NCBI GenBank assembly: GCA_025454795.1
Contig: JALONT010000008.1
Location: 21,423-85,422 of the forward strand
DNA length: 64,000 nucleotides
From: Bacteroidales bacterium
Lineage (GTDB): Bacteria; Bacteroidota; Bacteroidia; Bacteroidales; VadinHA17
Direction: 5' to 3'
Made by a program: the position numbers and the translations under genes. A model generated the notes under the pieces. The model had not been told where the DNA came from. It did not search any database and saw only the letters and a list, made by a program, of their open reading frames with translations. Within the stretch, counting starts at the first letter, position 1. Every line of letters starts with the position of its first letter. Shown one piece after another: positions 52,836-61,681 of the stretch.

Positions 52836-55085
52836 ATGAAAAAATCTTTGGTAACCATTTTAATTTCAGCTTTATTCCTGGCTTCATCTTCATTTCAGGA
52901 TAGCTTAGGACAAGTAGCACTTCCCCATTATGATGGGATGAATTATGCAGTCGGATCCTCGCTTCAGACTCAAACTGGCTGGACGGCTGTTAATTCAGGA
53001 GATGACATTGTTGTAACTGAAGGAAATCTGAATTTTGTAGGATTAACGAATTCAATTGGTAATAAAATTTTATTTAACGGTTCAGGAATAGATGCATCAA
53101 AGTCAATAACATCCCAAACAGCTGGCACAGTTTATTTATCCTTTATAATGAAGGTGACAAATGTGACTGCTGCAACCGAGGTCGTTGGCGGATATTTTGC
53201 CGGATTCGGACAAAATAGTACAACATTTGGCGCAACTATATGGCTGAAAAAAAATGGAGAGAACTTTAATATTGGGATTAATCCAAGAACCACTACCTCT
53301 ATGACAGGGTTTTCATCCGGGACATACTCAATTAATACAGAAATATTTATTGTTGCCTCATACCAATTCAATGGTTCAACAGGAGATGATGTCGCTAAAA
53401 TCTGGATAAATCCTGCACCTTCAACATTCGGAAGTGTTTCAGAACCTGCAGCTGATATAACAGTCACCAATACAGGTGGAACTGATCTGACAGGTATTTC
53501 AACCATCTTTGTACGCCAGGATAGCGATACGGAAACGCCATTCATTCAGATTGATGAGTTCAGAATCAGTATTAACTGGGCGGATGCAACACCTGCTGAT
53601 GTAACAGCCCCTTCTGCATCTTTCAATCCTCTCAACTCTGCAACTGATGTGGCAATTAACACAACACCCACTATCACTTTCGATGAAGCTGTCGTAAAAG
53701 CCGATGGTTCTGAACTTACAGATGGTGATCTGACAGGACCGACAGGACTTGTAACTCTTAAGAAGACGAATGCCTCAGGTGATGATGTTTCTTTCACCGG
53801 CACAATAGATGCTGCCAAAAAAGTTATTACTATTACTCCTTCGGCCCCACTCGACAATTCACAGTTATATTATCTTGCAATAAGTGCTGTTAAAGATGCC
53901 AGTGGAAATCAGTCAACCGCTTCTGAGATCACATTTACAACCATTGCCGCAGCAGCGCCTACTGTTACACTCACAAATCCTGTCGGTGGAGAAACATTCT
54001 ATGCCACTGATCCTGTAACATTCACCTGGACCTCGGAAAATATTACCAACGTCCTGCTGGAAGTATTTGTTCCGCGCGCAAATGAGTGGCAATCCATGGG
54101 AATCCCAATTCCAGCTGTAGCCGGAAAACTTGACTTCGTAATACCATCTGACGCACCTTATGGTACCGAGTATAAGATCCGTATCTCAGATGCAGGTAAT
54201 TCTGCTGTAAATTCAACCAGCGGAAGCTTTACTGTTATTGCTTTTGCTACCAGCCTGACTGAGCTGAGAGCCAATTGTATTCCAAATGATATTGTTAAGC
54301 TTAGCTCTGAAGCTACCGTCACCTTTTTAAGAACTAACCGCTATCAGAAATATATTCAGGATTCCGGTAAAGGATTGCTGATAGATGATGGCGCACATAT
54401 ACTGACCACAACTTTAGCCCCGGGTGACAACATAACCGGACTTGAAGGGAAGCTAGGATTGTATCACGGATTGCTGCAGCTGGTCCCCACCAAAACAACC
54501 GTAACAATTGCATCCAGCGGTAACATAGTGACTCCAACCCAGATGACCATCGCAGATTATAACACCAATTACCTTAACTATGAATCTATGCTGATCAAGC
54601 TGACAAATGTTACTTTCGCTGCCGGCAACGGAACAGCGACATTTGCTGCTGCAACAAACTATATAATCAATGACGGAGCCAATAGCGTGACTTTCAGAAC
54701 ATTCAATGCCGACGAAACCGACATTGACGGTGAAATTATTCCAAATGCCCCCATAAACATGACCTGTATAGCAGGTTTCTATGATGCGACAATTCAGGTC
54801 TATAGTCGTACAAAATCTGATTTCGAGCTTATTACCGCTATTGAAAGAACCTCAGACTTTAAAGCAGAAATTTACCCTGTTCCTGCAGCTGATATGCTTA
54901 AGGTAAGAAACTTAAAGGATATAAAAGCTTACGAAATACTCGATGCAACCGGCAGGACAATAAGCAAATTAAAAGTTGCCGCCGACAGTGAACTAAACAT
55001 TCCTGTCAGCGAACTGAAGCATGGCATATACTATATCCGGTTCAACACTGCCAGCGGCATAGTGGTCAAAAAATTTGTCAAATAA
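52836..55085 (+). CDS. T9SS-secreted multidomain surface protein (LamG-like + SbsA-type Ig + Ig-like + DUF5689/OB-like module + type A C-terminal sorting domain)
   Basis: A signal peptide is present. The Ig-like segment is DVTAPSASFNPLNSATDVAINTTPTITFDE. The OB-like module is YIQDSGKGLLIDDG...LYHGLLQLVP...MLIKLTNVTF. The C-terminus is EIYPVPAADMLKV...GIYYIRFNTASGIVVKKFVK. Confidence 0.65.
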   Translation: MKKSLVTILISALFLASSSFQDSLGQVALPHYDGMNYAVGSSLQTQTGWTAVNSGDDIVVTEGNLNFVGLTNSIGNKILFNGSGIDASKSITSQTAGTVYLSFIMKVTNVTAATEVVGGYFAGFGQNSTTFGATIWLKKNGENFNIGINPRTTTSMTGFSSGTYSINTEIFIVASYQFNGSTGDDVAKIWINPAPSTFGSVSEPAADITVTNTGGTDLTGISTIFVRQDSDTETPFIQIDEFRISINWADATPADVTAPSASFNPLNSATDVAINTTPTITFDEAVVKADGSELTDGDLTGPTGLVTLKKTNASGDDVSFTGTIDAAKKVITITPSAPLDNSQLYYLAISAVKDASGNQSTASEITFTTIAAAAPTVTLTNPVGGETFYATDPVTFTWTSENITNVLLEVFVPRANEWQSMGIPIPAVAGKLDFVIPSDAPYGTEYKIRISDAGNSAVNSTSGSFTVIAFATSLTELRANCIPNDIVKLSSEATVTFLRTNRYQKYIQDSGKGLLIDDGAHILTTTLAPGDNITGLEGKLGLYHGLLQLVPTKTTVTIASSGNIVTPTQMTIADYNTNYLNYESMLIKLTNVTFAAGNGTATFAAATNYIINDGANSVTFRTFNADETDIDGEIIPNAPINMTCIAGFYDATIQVYSRTKSDFELITAIERTSDFKAEIYPVPAADMLKVRNLKDIKAYEILDATGRTISKLKVAADSELNIPVSELKHGIYYIRFNTASGIVVKKFVK

Positions 55086-55107
55086 ACCTGAGTAAATAAC
55101 CTTATTG

Positions 55108-55305
55108 AGAGGCTGCTTCAAAAGCCCACCACCTCCCCCCCGACAATGTCGGGGGTACTTCCCGCCAAAGCGGGACAGGCTCTCCTCTTAAGAGGAGGAG
55201 AAAGGTAATATATTACATATCAGCACTTTCCCCTCCTTTCGAAGGAGGGGTGTCCCGACAGAAGTGTCGGGACTGGGTGGTTAATAAACTCTTGAGGCAG
55301 CCTCT
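55108..55305. repeat. about 200-bp GC-rich multi-hairpin element closed by a 14-nt inverted repeat
   Basis: The outer arms AGAGGCTGCTTCAA (55108-55121) and TTGAGGCAGCCTCT (55292-55305) pair at 13 of 14 positions. Inside are five hairpins: CCCCCGAC-AAT-GTCGGGGG, CCCGC-CAAA-GCGGG, CTCCTCTT/AAGAGGAG, CCCCTCCTT-TCG-AAGGAGGGG and GTCCCGACA-GAAG-TGTCGGGAC. The element is followed by TTTTATTTAAAAAAAA. Confidence 0.75.
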
Positions 55306-55355
55306 TTTATTTAAAAAAAATCACCAAATTTGCACTTCCCGAAAGGAAACAAAAT

Positions 55356-56261
55356 ATGCGGATATCTCGTATAATAATAATTGTACTGCTCTTATTCTTA
55401 TCTGCAGCATCAGGTTGCCGGAAAGTCCCGGAACCGCCGATCCCTGATAATTCTGATGACTTTAAACCCTGTATTCCCTATCCGGGTACTGAAGAGACAC
55501 TCGATATTGTCACTTTTAATGTTGAGACATTCCCTATTAACGGATATACGTCAGTAGTTACAGTAGCTTCACTACTTAATGCTATCGATGCCGATGTATA
55601 TGCATTGCAGGAAATGGCATCAGAATCAGGTTTTAATCAGCTTGTCGGTCTGATGCCCGGATATGCAGGTCTCTTTTACCTGATCAATAATTCGGACTGG
55701 AACCTGGCCTATATTGTTAAAACCCAGGAAGTGACTGTCGACGGAAGCGCCACAAGACTTCTTTTCACCGATTCACAATACTTTCCCCGGCCACCGTTTG
55801 AGATAAAGATACATCATAAGCCCTCCGGTGCAGATCTTTATTTAATTAACAATCACCTTAAATGCTGTGGTGGTTATGAAAATGAAGCCAGCCGAAGGGC
55901 TGCATCCGGAATGCTGAAGAATTATATAGACACTTCAAGACCTGATGATGCTGTTGTGGTGCTGGGCGACCTGAACGACGAAATAACCGGAACAAGTAGT
56001 AGTGACAATCCCTTTCTGAATTTTATTAATGATCCCGGAAATTACCTGTTTTCCGATATGGCTATTGCTGAAGGAAGCATCCTCTGGTGGTCATATCCCT
56101 CATATCCCAGCCATATAGATCACATCCTTGTGACTAACGAATTGTTTTCATCTATAGATACAACAATGGTGTACAAGGCTGCACCCTGCTATTCAGATTA
56201 TTCCATATATATATCCGATCACCGGCCCGTGGGAATAAGACTATCTCCGGCCGGTCGCTGA
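55356..56261 (+). CDS. endonuclease/exonuclease/phosphatase (EEP) family lipoprotein
   Basis: Lipobox LSAASGC. EEP motifs are IVTFNVE, ALQEM, NNHLK, VLGDLND and a terminal SDHRPV. Confidence 0.75.
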   Translation: MRISRIIIIVLLLFLSAASGCRKVPEPPIPDNSDDFKPCIPYPGTEETLDIVTFNVETFPINGYTSVVTVASLLNAIDADVYALQEMASESGFNQLVGLMPGYAGLFYLINNSDWNLAYIVKTQEVTVDGSATRLLFTDSQYFPRPPFEIKIHHKPSGADLYLINNHLKCCGGYENEASRRAASGMLKNYIDTSRPDDAVVVLGDLNDEITGTSSSDNPFLNFINDPGNYLFSDMAIAEGSILWWSYPSYPSHIDHILVTNELFSSIDTTMVYKAAPCYSDYSIYISDHRPVGIRLSPAGR

Positions 56262-57306
56262 AACTCTTTTTCCCCGGATTTTTTACAATCAGTACATACA
56301 CGGGAAAGTGATCGCTGAAACCTCCCTGGAATACCGTTCCTACATAAGTCCGAAGCGGATAACCCTTATATTGTCCGTCTTTCTGAACAAGGAACTGGTT
56401 GTTGAAAACCTGTGCTTTATAGAATTTATAAGATGAATAATCCTTACCTGTAAGTGAAGGGGTAATTATGATCTGATCGAAAAGATTTGTTCCATCACGG
56501 TAATAGAGAGAGCCTATGCCCTTTTTATATAATGGATACATACAGTTAAAAAATTCTCCCTCTTTAAGTTTTCCGGCATCCGGGGCAGCCATCAGGTGTT
56601 TTCGCAGACTCTCGTTCGACGGATCATCATTAAGATCGCCCATGATGAATATTTTTGCATTTGCATCAGCATTAAGCAGACTGTCAGCAAGGTGGCGCGT
56701 CAGAACAGCTGCAGCGTTTCGCCGGGGACGGGTTGTCATTTCACCACCGCTGCGTGAAGGCCAGTGATTCACAATGAAATGCATTGGTTCACCGTCAAAG
56801 ATCCCGGAGACCACAAGCTGATCGCGTGTGAATATCCGTTCATCCTTTTCATTATAGATCCTGAGCTTATTGCTTGTCGATGCGGTAACTCTGAAAAAAC
56901 GGGTACGGTAAAGAAGAGCAACATCCACACCCCTGAGATCGGGAGAATTATAATGCACGATCTGGTACCCTGATCCTTTCAAAAGAGGATGTGCAATAAT
57001 ATCTTCGAGCACTTCCCTGTTTTCAATTTCTGATACCCCAATGACAGCAGGACCTCCTCTCCATCCGTCATCCTCCCCTATCTTCGAAATTGCAAGAGCC
57101 ATATTATTGATCTTATGCAGGTACTTGTCACCAGTCCACCTGTCAAGACCTTGCGGAGTAAATTCCTCATCAAGAACGCCTTCGGTATCAATTGTATCGA
57201 ACAGGTTTTCGAGATTATAAAATGCAATTAATCCTGCTTTATATGATTGCCCGTAAAGCGTTACCAGACTTAAGAATAACAGTATAAATATTAAAAGTTT
57301 TCTCAT
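56152..57306 (-). CDS. endonuclease/exonuclease/phosphatase (EEP) family protein, secreted
   Basis: Signal peptide plus the EEP motifs IAFYNLENLFD, GVSEIEN, VNHWPSR, IMGDLND and FSDHFPV. A 43-codon tail after the domain runs antisense into the 3' end of the previous gene. Confidence 0.7.
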   Translation of the reverse strand: MRKLLIFILLFLSLVTLYGQSYKAGLIAFYNLENLFDTIDTEGVLDEEFTPQGLDRWTGDKYLHKINNMALAISKIGEDDGWRGGPAVIGVSEIENREVLEDIIAHPLLKGSGYQIVHYNSPDLRGVDVALLYRTRFFRVTASTSNKLRIYNEKDERIFTRDQLVVSGIFDGEPMHFIVNHWPSRSGGEMTTRPRRNAAAVLTRHLADSLLNADANAKIFIMGDLNDDPSNESLRKHLMAAPDAGKLKEGEFFNCMYPLYKKGIGSLYYRDGTNLFDQIIITPSLTGKDYSSYKFYKAQVFNNQFLVQKDGQYKGYPLRTYVGTVFQGGFSDHFPVYVLIVKNPGKKSFSDRPEIVLFPRAGDRIYIWNNLNSRVQPCTPLLYL

Positions 57307-57424
57307 TATCCTGCGGCTGAAATGCCAAAGTTAATATTTAAAGTTACCCTTTCAAATATGATGCCGGTAATAAAATTTTCTTATTAATTATAGTATATTT
57401 ACCCATACACTTTTGCACTTATTT

Positions 57425-60142
57425 ATGAAATACAACAAACTGATTCATTTACTATTAGCCCTTATTTTTAATTCAGCATTACTGGTTGCCCAGCAGGGGA
57501 CTGTTAACGGTACAATAATCAGTTCCGACAGAGGTACCGGATTGCCGGGAGCAGAGGTTACTGATGCTTCAGGAAGGGTGCTCACGGTTACCTTAAATGA
57601 CGGGACTTTTTCAGTAACCCTTTCAGAAGGAAAGCATATCCTTTATATTAACCTTGCGGATTTTGACCAGGCAGTAATTGAAGCAGATGTAATACCTGAT
57701 GCTGAAACTGATGCCGGCATTGTTAAACTCAATGCCTCAGCCGGATCAATGCAGGACCTTTTTACGATCAATATCAATGAAGGAGTGGAGGAAGATGGTT
57801 TTGAAACCCAGTCGGTCCAGGGGGTACTAAGCTCAACTGCAGACGTTTTTCTGAGCAATGCCGCATATACATTCGGCCCGGTAATGTTCCGCGTCAGAGG
57901 TTATGATGCCAACTATACCAACGTCAGCCTTAACGGATTCGTGATGAACGACATAGAGTCGGGATCGCCATACTGGTCAAACTGGGGAGGCCTCAATGAT
58001 GTGATGCGCAGCGCAATGGTATCCTCAGGTCCCGAACCCATTGGTTTCCTCTTTGAGCCGGTCGGCGGAGCAACCCGCATAAACACAAAAGCTTCCGAAT
58101 ACAGATCCGGGATAAAAGCAGTTTACTCTCTTTCAAACCGCACATATGGCAACCGGCTGATGGTAACCTATTCGACCGGACTGATGGAGAATAACTGGGC
58201 AATCACCGGCAGCTATTCGAAGAGATGGAGTGAGCGTGGTTACGAAGAGGGTACTTTCTATGATGCAAACTCATTTTTCCTCTCAGTCGAGAAAAAGTTC
58301 AACAGCCGACACAGCCTTAACCTAACTGCTCTCGATGCTATCTATCAACGAGGCGTGGCAGGAGGAACAACACAGGAGGTTTATGACCTGATGGACGACA
58401 ATTATTATAATCCCTACTGGGGTTATCAGAATGGCGAAGTGCGGAATTCAAGGGTGCGAAGCAACAATAAACCGCTCTTTACCCTTGCACATTTCTGGAA
58501 ACCGGCAGGCAAGCTTGATGTTCAGACAACTGTCGGGTACTGGTTTGGCAAGAGCGGTTATACAGCATTGAACTGGTATGACGTTTTTGATCCAAGACCC
58601 GACTATTACAGGAAGCTTCCTTCATATTATACCGACTCTACAGATATGGCACAGCTCACAGAGGCGTGGCAGACAGATCCGGAGGTAAGCCATGTTAACT
58701 GGAACAGCTTCTATTATGCCAACCGGAAGAATATACATACAGTCACAGATGAAAGCGGTATTGCCGGTAATGATGTATCAGGGAACCGGTCAAAATATAT
58801 TGTTGAAGACCGACGGAATGACCTTTCACAGTTCCAGTTCAATACCAGGGCTTCATGGGACCTGAGCGAAAGGATCAATATTACAGGAGGTATGCTTTTA
58901 GATATATTCCGTGGTCATAATTTTAACGTAATCAGGGACCTGCTTGGAGGAGATTACTGGCTTGACGTTGATCAGTTTGCCGAACGGGATTTCCCGGATG
59001 ATCCCGATGCATTACAGAGCGACCTTGAAAATCCAAACAGGACTGTCGTTGAAGGCGATATTTTCGGGAACAATTATTATGCTTTCCAGCGTGGTGCAAC
59101 TCTCTGGGGAACAGGAAGGTACAGCCATAAGCGCTACTTCGTATATGTAAGCGCCGATGCCCGTTATACCTCCATGTGGAGAGAAGGGCTCATGAGAAAA
59201 GGTCTGTTCCCTGATATATCGCTGGGTGAATCCGAAAAACTGAATTACCTGACCTGGGGTGTTAAGGCAGGAGGAGACTACCGTTTAACAGGAAGACATC
59301 TTATAACAATCAATACTCTGGTGGCAACAAACCCGCCCCTGTTTCGTAATTCCTACCTCTCGCCCAGAACACGCAACACTACTACTCCGGGGTTGCAGGA
59401 AGAGACAATATTTTCCGGCGATATAAGCTACGTTCTCAGGTCCCCGGTTGTAAAAGCAAGAATAACAGGGTATTACACTAGGTTCATGAATCAGACCGAA
59501 GTTACAAGCTTCTATCATGATGACTGGAGGACGCTGGTAAATTATGCTATAACAAACATCGATAAGGAGAATTATGGCCTTGAGATCGGAACAGAAGTTA
59601 CAATAACGACGGGGCTTAATATAAATGCAGCTGCCTCACTGGGACAATACCTCTGGGTAAATAATCCGGATATTACCATAACCAAGGATAATAACAGCGA
59701 GGTCCTGAGTACCGAGGAGATGTGGATTAAATACTTCAGGCAGAGCGGAACGCCTCAGACAGCCGTTTCACTGGGCATCGAATATAATTCTTCAAGATTC
59801 TGGTGGGCTGGAATAACGGGAAGCTGGTACGATAATATTTATCTGGACTTTAATCCTGTAACACGTACAAAAGATGAAGCCGGATACTATCCTTACTGGG
59901 ATCTCCAGATCAAGGAATCACCAGGGTACCTGCTTGACATTTTTGTCGGAAAGTCATGGAAGATCAACAATATATACCTTAACCTGAGTGCAAACCTTAG
60001 CAATATACTCAATAATAAAAGCCTGATAACAGGAGGGTTTGAACAGTATCGTTTTGATTCCGGCAATCCCGACCTGTTCGATCCGAAACTATACTATTAT
60101 AATGGGTTCAACTACTTTATTAATTTCAGCATAAGGATGTAA
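57425..60142 (+). CDS. TonB-dependent-receptor-like outer-membrane beta-barrel with N-terminal CarboxypepD_reg-like domain
   Basis: Signal peptide, then GTVNGTIISSDRGTGLPGAEV (carboxypeptidase-regulatory-like), a plug-like FRVRGYDANYTNVSLNGFVMND segment, and about 650 aa with a beta-strand pattern. No SusD-like gene follows. Confidence 0.65.
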   Translation: MKYNKLIHLLLALIFNSALLVAQQGTVNGTIISSDRGTGLPGAEVTDASGRVLTVTLNDGTFSVTLSEGKHILYINLADFDQAVIEADVIPDAETDAGIVKLNASAGSMQDLFTININEGVEEDGFETQSVQGVLSSTADVFLSNAAYTFGPVMFRVRGYDANYTNVSLNGFVMNDIESGSPYWSNWGGLNDVMRSAMVSSGPEPIGFLFEPVGGATRINTKASEYRSGIKAVYSLSNRTYGNRLMVTYSTGLMENNWAITGSYSKRWSERGYEEGTFYDANSFFLSVEKKFNSRHSLNLTALDAIYQRGVAGGTTQEVYDLMDDNYYNPYWGYQNGEVRNSRVRSNNKPLFTLAHFWKPAGKLDVQTTVGYWFGKSGYTALNWYDVFDPRPDYYRKLPSYYTDSTDMAQLTEAWQTDPEVSHVNWNSFYYANRKNIHTVTDESGIAGNDVSGNRSKYIVEDRRNDLSQFQFNTRASWDLSERINITGGMLLDIFRGHNFNVIRDLLGGDYWLDVDQFAERDFPDDPDALQSDLENPNRTVVEGDIFGNNYYAFQRGATLWGTGRYSHKRYFVYVSADARYTSMWREGLMRKGLFPDISLGESEKLNYLTWGVKAGGDYRLTGRHLITINTLVATNPPLFRNSYLSPRTRNTTTPGLQEETIFSGDISYVLRSPVVKARITGYYTRFMNQTEVTSFYHDDWRTLVNYAITNIDKENYGLEIGTEVTITTGLNINAAASLGQYLWVNNPDITITKDNNSEVLSTEEMWIKYFRQSGTPQTAVSLGIEYNSSRFWWAGITGSWYDNIYLDFNPVTRTKDEAGYYPYWDLQIKESPGYLLDIFVGKSWKINNIYLNLSANLSNILNNKSLITGGFEQYRFDSGNPDLFDPKLYYYNGFNYFINFSIRM

Positions 60143-60201
60143 AACCGGCGACCGGCAACGGGCTTGCGGTAACCGGCGAAATAAATCCCCTCCCTGGAGA
60201 C

Positions 60202-60221
60202 CCTGTCCCGCGTCAGCGGGA
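60202..60221. repeat. inverted copy of the TCCCGC-N4-GCGGGACAGG hairpin module
   Basis: CCTGTCCCGC-GTCA-GCGGGA is nested between CCCCTCCC and GGGGTGGG and followed by TTTTTA, just after the receptor gene stop. Confidence 0.6.
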
Positions 60222-60243
60222 GGCTTGGGGTGGGTTTTTACAA

Positions 60244-60299
60244 GATAAAAGATAAAAGATAAAAGATAAAAGATAAAAGATAAAAGACAAAAGACAAAA
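60244..60299. repeat. 8-unit heptanucleotide tandem repeat (GATAAAA x6, GACAAAA x2)
   Basis: Read directly from the sequence. The array ends 8 nt upstream of the ATG at 60308. Confidence 0.95.
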
Positions 60300-60307
60300 T
60301 AATCTTA

Positions 60308-61666
60308 ATGAAGAGTAAAAGATATATTCCCGGACTGTTATTGTTAATTAGCATTTTTGCAGTTTCCTGTGTTGACAATAACGAAAATGATCCCCCTGTA
60401 AGGAAGTTTGTTACAGATACTATTGTTACAGTGCAGCAGGTAAAGGCACTGTACAAGGACCAGCTTGCACTTAATTACAAGTTACGCATCCCGGTTGAAA
60501 TAGTTCATGGCTGGGCATTGAGCGGGATTATAACTGCCAGCGATAAAAAAGACGGTAATCTTTACAAGGAAGCTTTCATTCAGGATGCAACCGGCGGTTT
60601 AAGGTTACTGTTTGAGTCGACAAGCGGCCTGTATATCGGCGACTCGGTTATTGTAAACCTTAAAGGTCTTTACATCGGCGATTATGGCGACTTCTGGCAG
60701 GTTGGAGGAGAACCTTATGTCGATGACAGCGGAAGCATAAGGGTGTCAGGCATGAACATGGACAAGCAGGTACTGAAGCTTTCAATTAATAATCCCACTT
60801 ATCCCGATACTATTACTGTTGCACAGGCAAAGAGTTCAGCTTACCTGGGAAAACTGGTTGCTTTAAAAGGTGTTCAGTTCACAGATGATGCAGTCAACCA
60901 GACTTATGGCGATCTCTCGGGAGAGGCTCCTGCCTCTGCCAACAGGGATCTGATGGATTGTGATAAGAAGAAAATCATCGTTCGTACCTCCGGCTATGCC
61001 TCATTCGCTGATGATACAATTTCCGACATGAATGGAACCATTACCGGTATTGTTACGATTTTTAGTTCTGACTATCAGCTAATTATAAGGGATTTCAAAG
61101 AAGTAAAGCTCACAAATGATAGGTGCTGGCCTGGAATACCAGACCTCGGTACGCCAGTAGAAACAATTTACCTGAATTTTGAAGGATTCCCCAATAATAC
61201 TGATCTAAAGATAACTGGCTGGCAGAATATTGCTCAATATGGCGATCGGGTTTGGAGAAGCATGTACAAAAATGGATTAAACTACTCCCAAGCAACAGGT
61301 TATAATTCAAGCCTTGGTTCCATGGTAGCCTGGCTCATAACAAGGCCTGTTTCGATTTCGACACAGAAAGTACTCTCTTTTCAAACAGCCAAAGAATACT
61401 GGGCGCATAAGGGAAATAATATTCCTTTTCAGGTATTTTATTCAACAGACTATACAGGGAAAAATCTTTTTACGGCGACTTGGATTCCGATTAATGCAAC
61501 AATTGCCGGTTATAATGATGCTGATAATACATTTATAAGTTCAGGAAACATCAATCTCCCGATCCAGAATGGCAAATCGTGTGTAATTGCTTTTAAATAC
61601 ACGGGCAGCGAAACGGAAAGCACCTCCTTCCGCATTGACAATATATCTGTTACAACAGTCAGGTAA
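60308..61666 (+). CDS. DUF5689-type (OB-fold-like) lipoprotein with C-terminal choice-of-anchor-J-like domain
   Basis: Lipobox IFAVSC, then FIQDATGGLRLLF...GDFWQVGG...LVALKGVQFTDD...YQLIIRD, then a C-terminal TGWQNIAQYGDRVWRS...FRIDNISV. Confidence 0.6.
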   Translation: MKSKRYIPGLLLLISIFAVSCVDNNENDPPVRKFVTDTIVTVQQVKALYKDQLALNYKLRIPVEIVHGWALSGIITASDKKDGNLYKEAFIQDATGGLRLLFESTSGLYIGDSVIVNLKGLYIGDYGDFWQVGGEPYVDDSGSIRVSGMNMDKQVLKLSINNPTYPDTITVAQAKSSAYLGKLVALKGVQFTDDAVNQTYGDLSGEAPASANRDLMDCDKKKIIVRTSGYASFADDTISDMNGTITGIVTIFSSDYQLIIRDFKEVKLTNDRCWPGIPDLGTPVETIYLNFEGFPNNTDLKITGWQNIAQYGDRVWRSMYKNGLNYSQATGYNSSLGSMVAWLITRPVSISTQKVLSFQTAKEYWAHKGNNIPFQVFYSTDYTGKNLFTATWIPINATIAGYNDADNTFISSGNINLPIQNGKSCVIAFKYTGSETESTSFRIDNISVTTVR

Positions 61667-61681
61667 TTAGAGATTACAGTT

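Noticed and set aside
55108-55305. Inverted-repeat-flanked element as an insertion sequence or autonomous mobile element
   Set aside because: It has no coding capacity (about 200 bp), there is no transposase or integrase anywhere in the window, and I could not identify a target-site duplication. It is kept as a repeat/structured element, with MITE only as an untested possibility.
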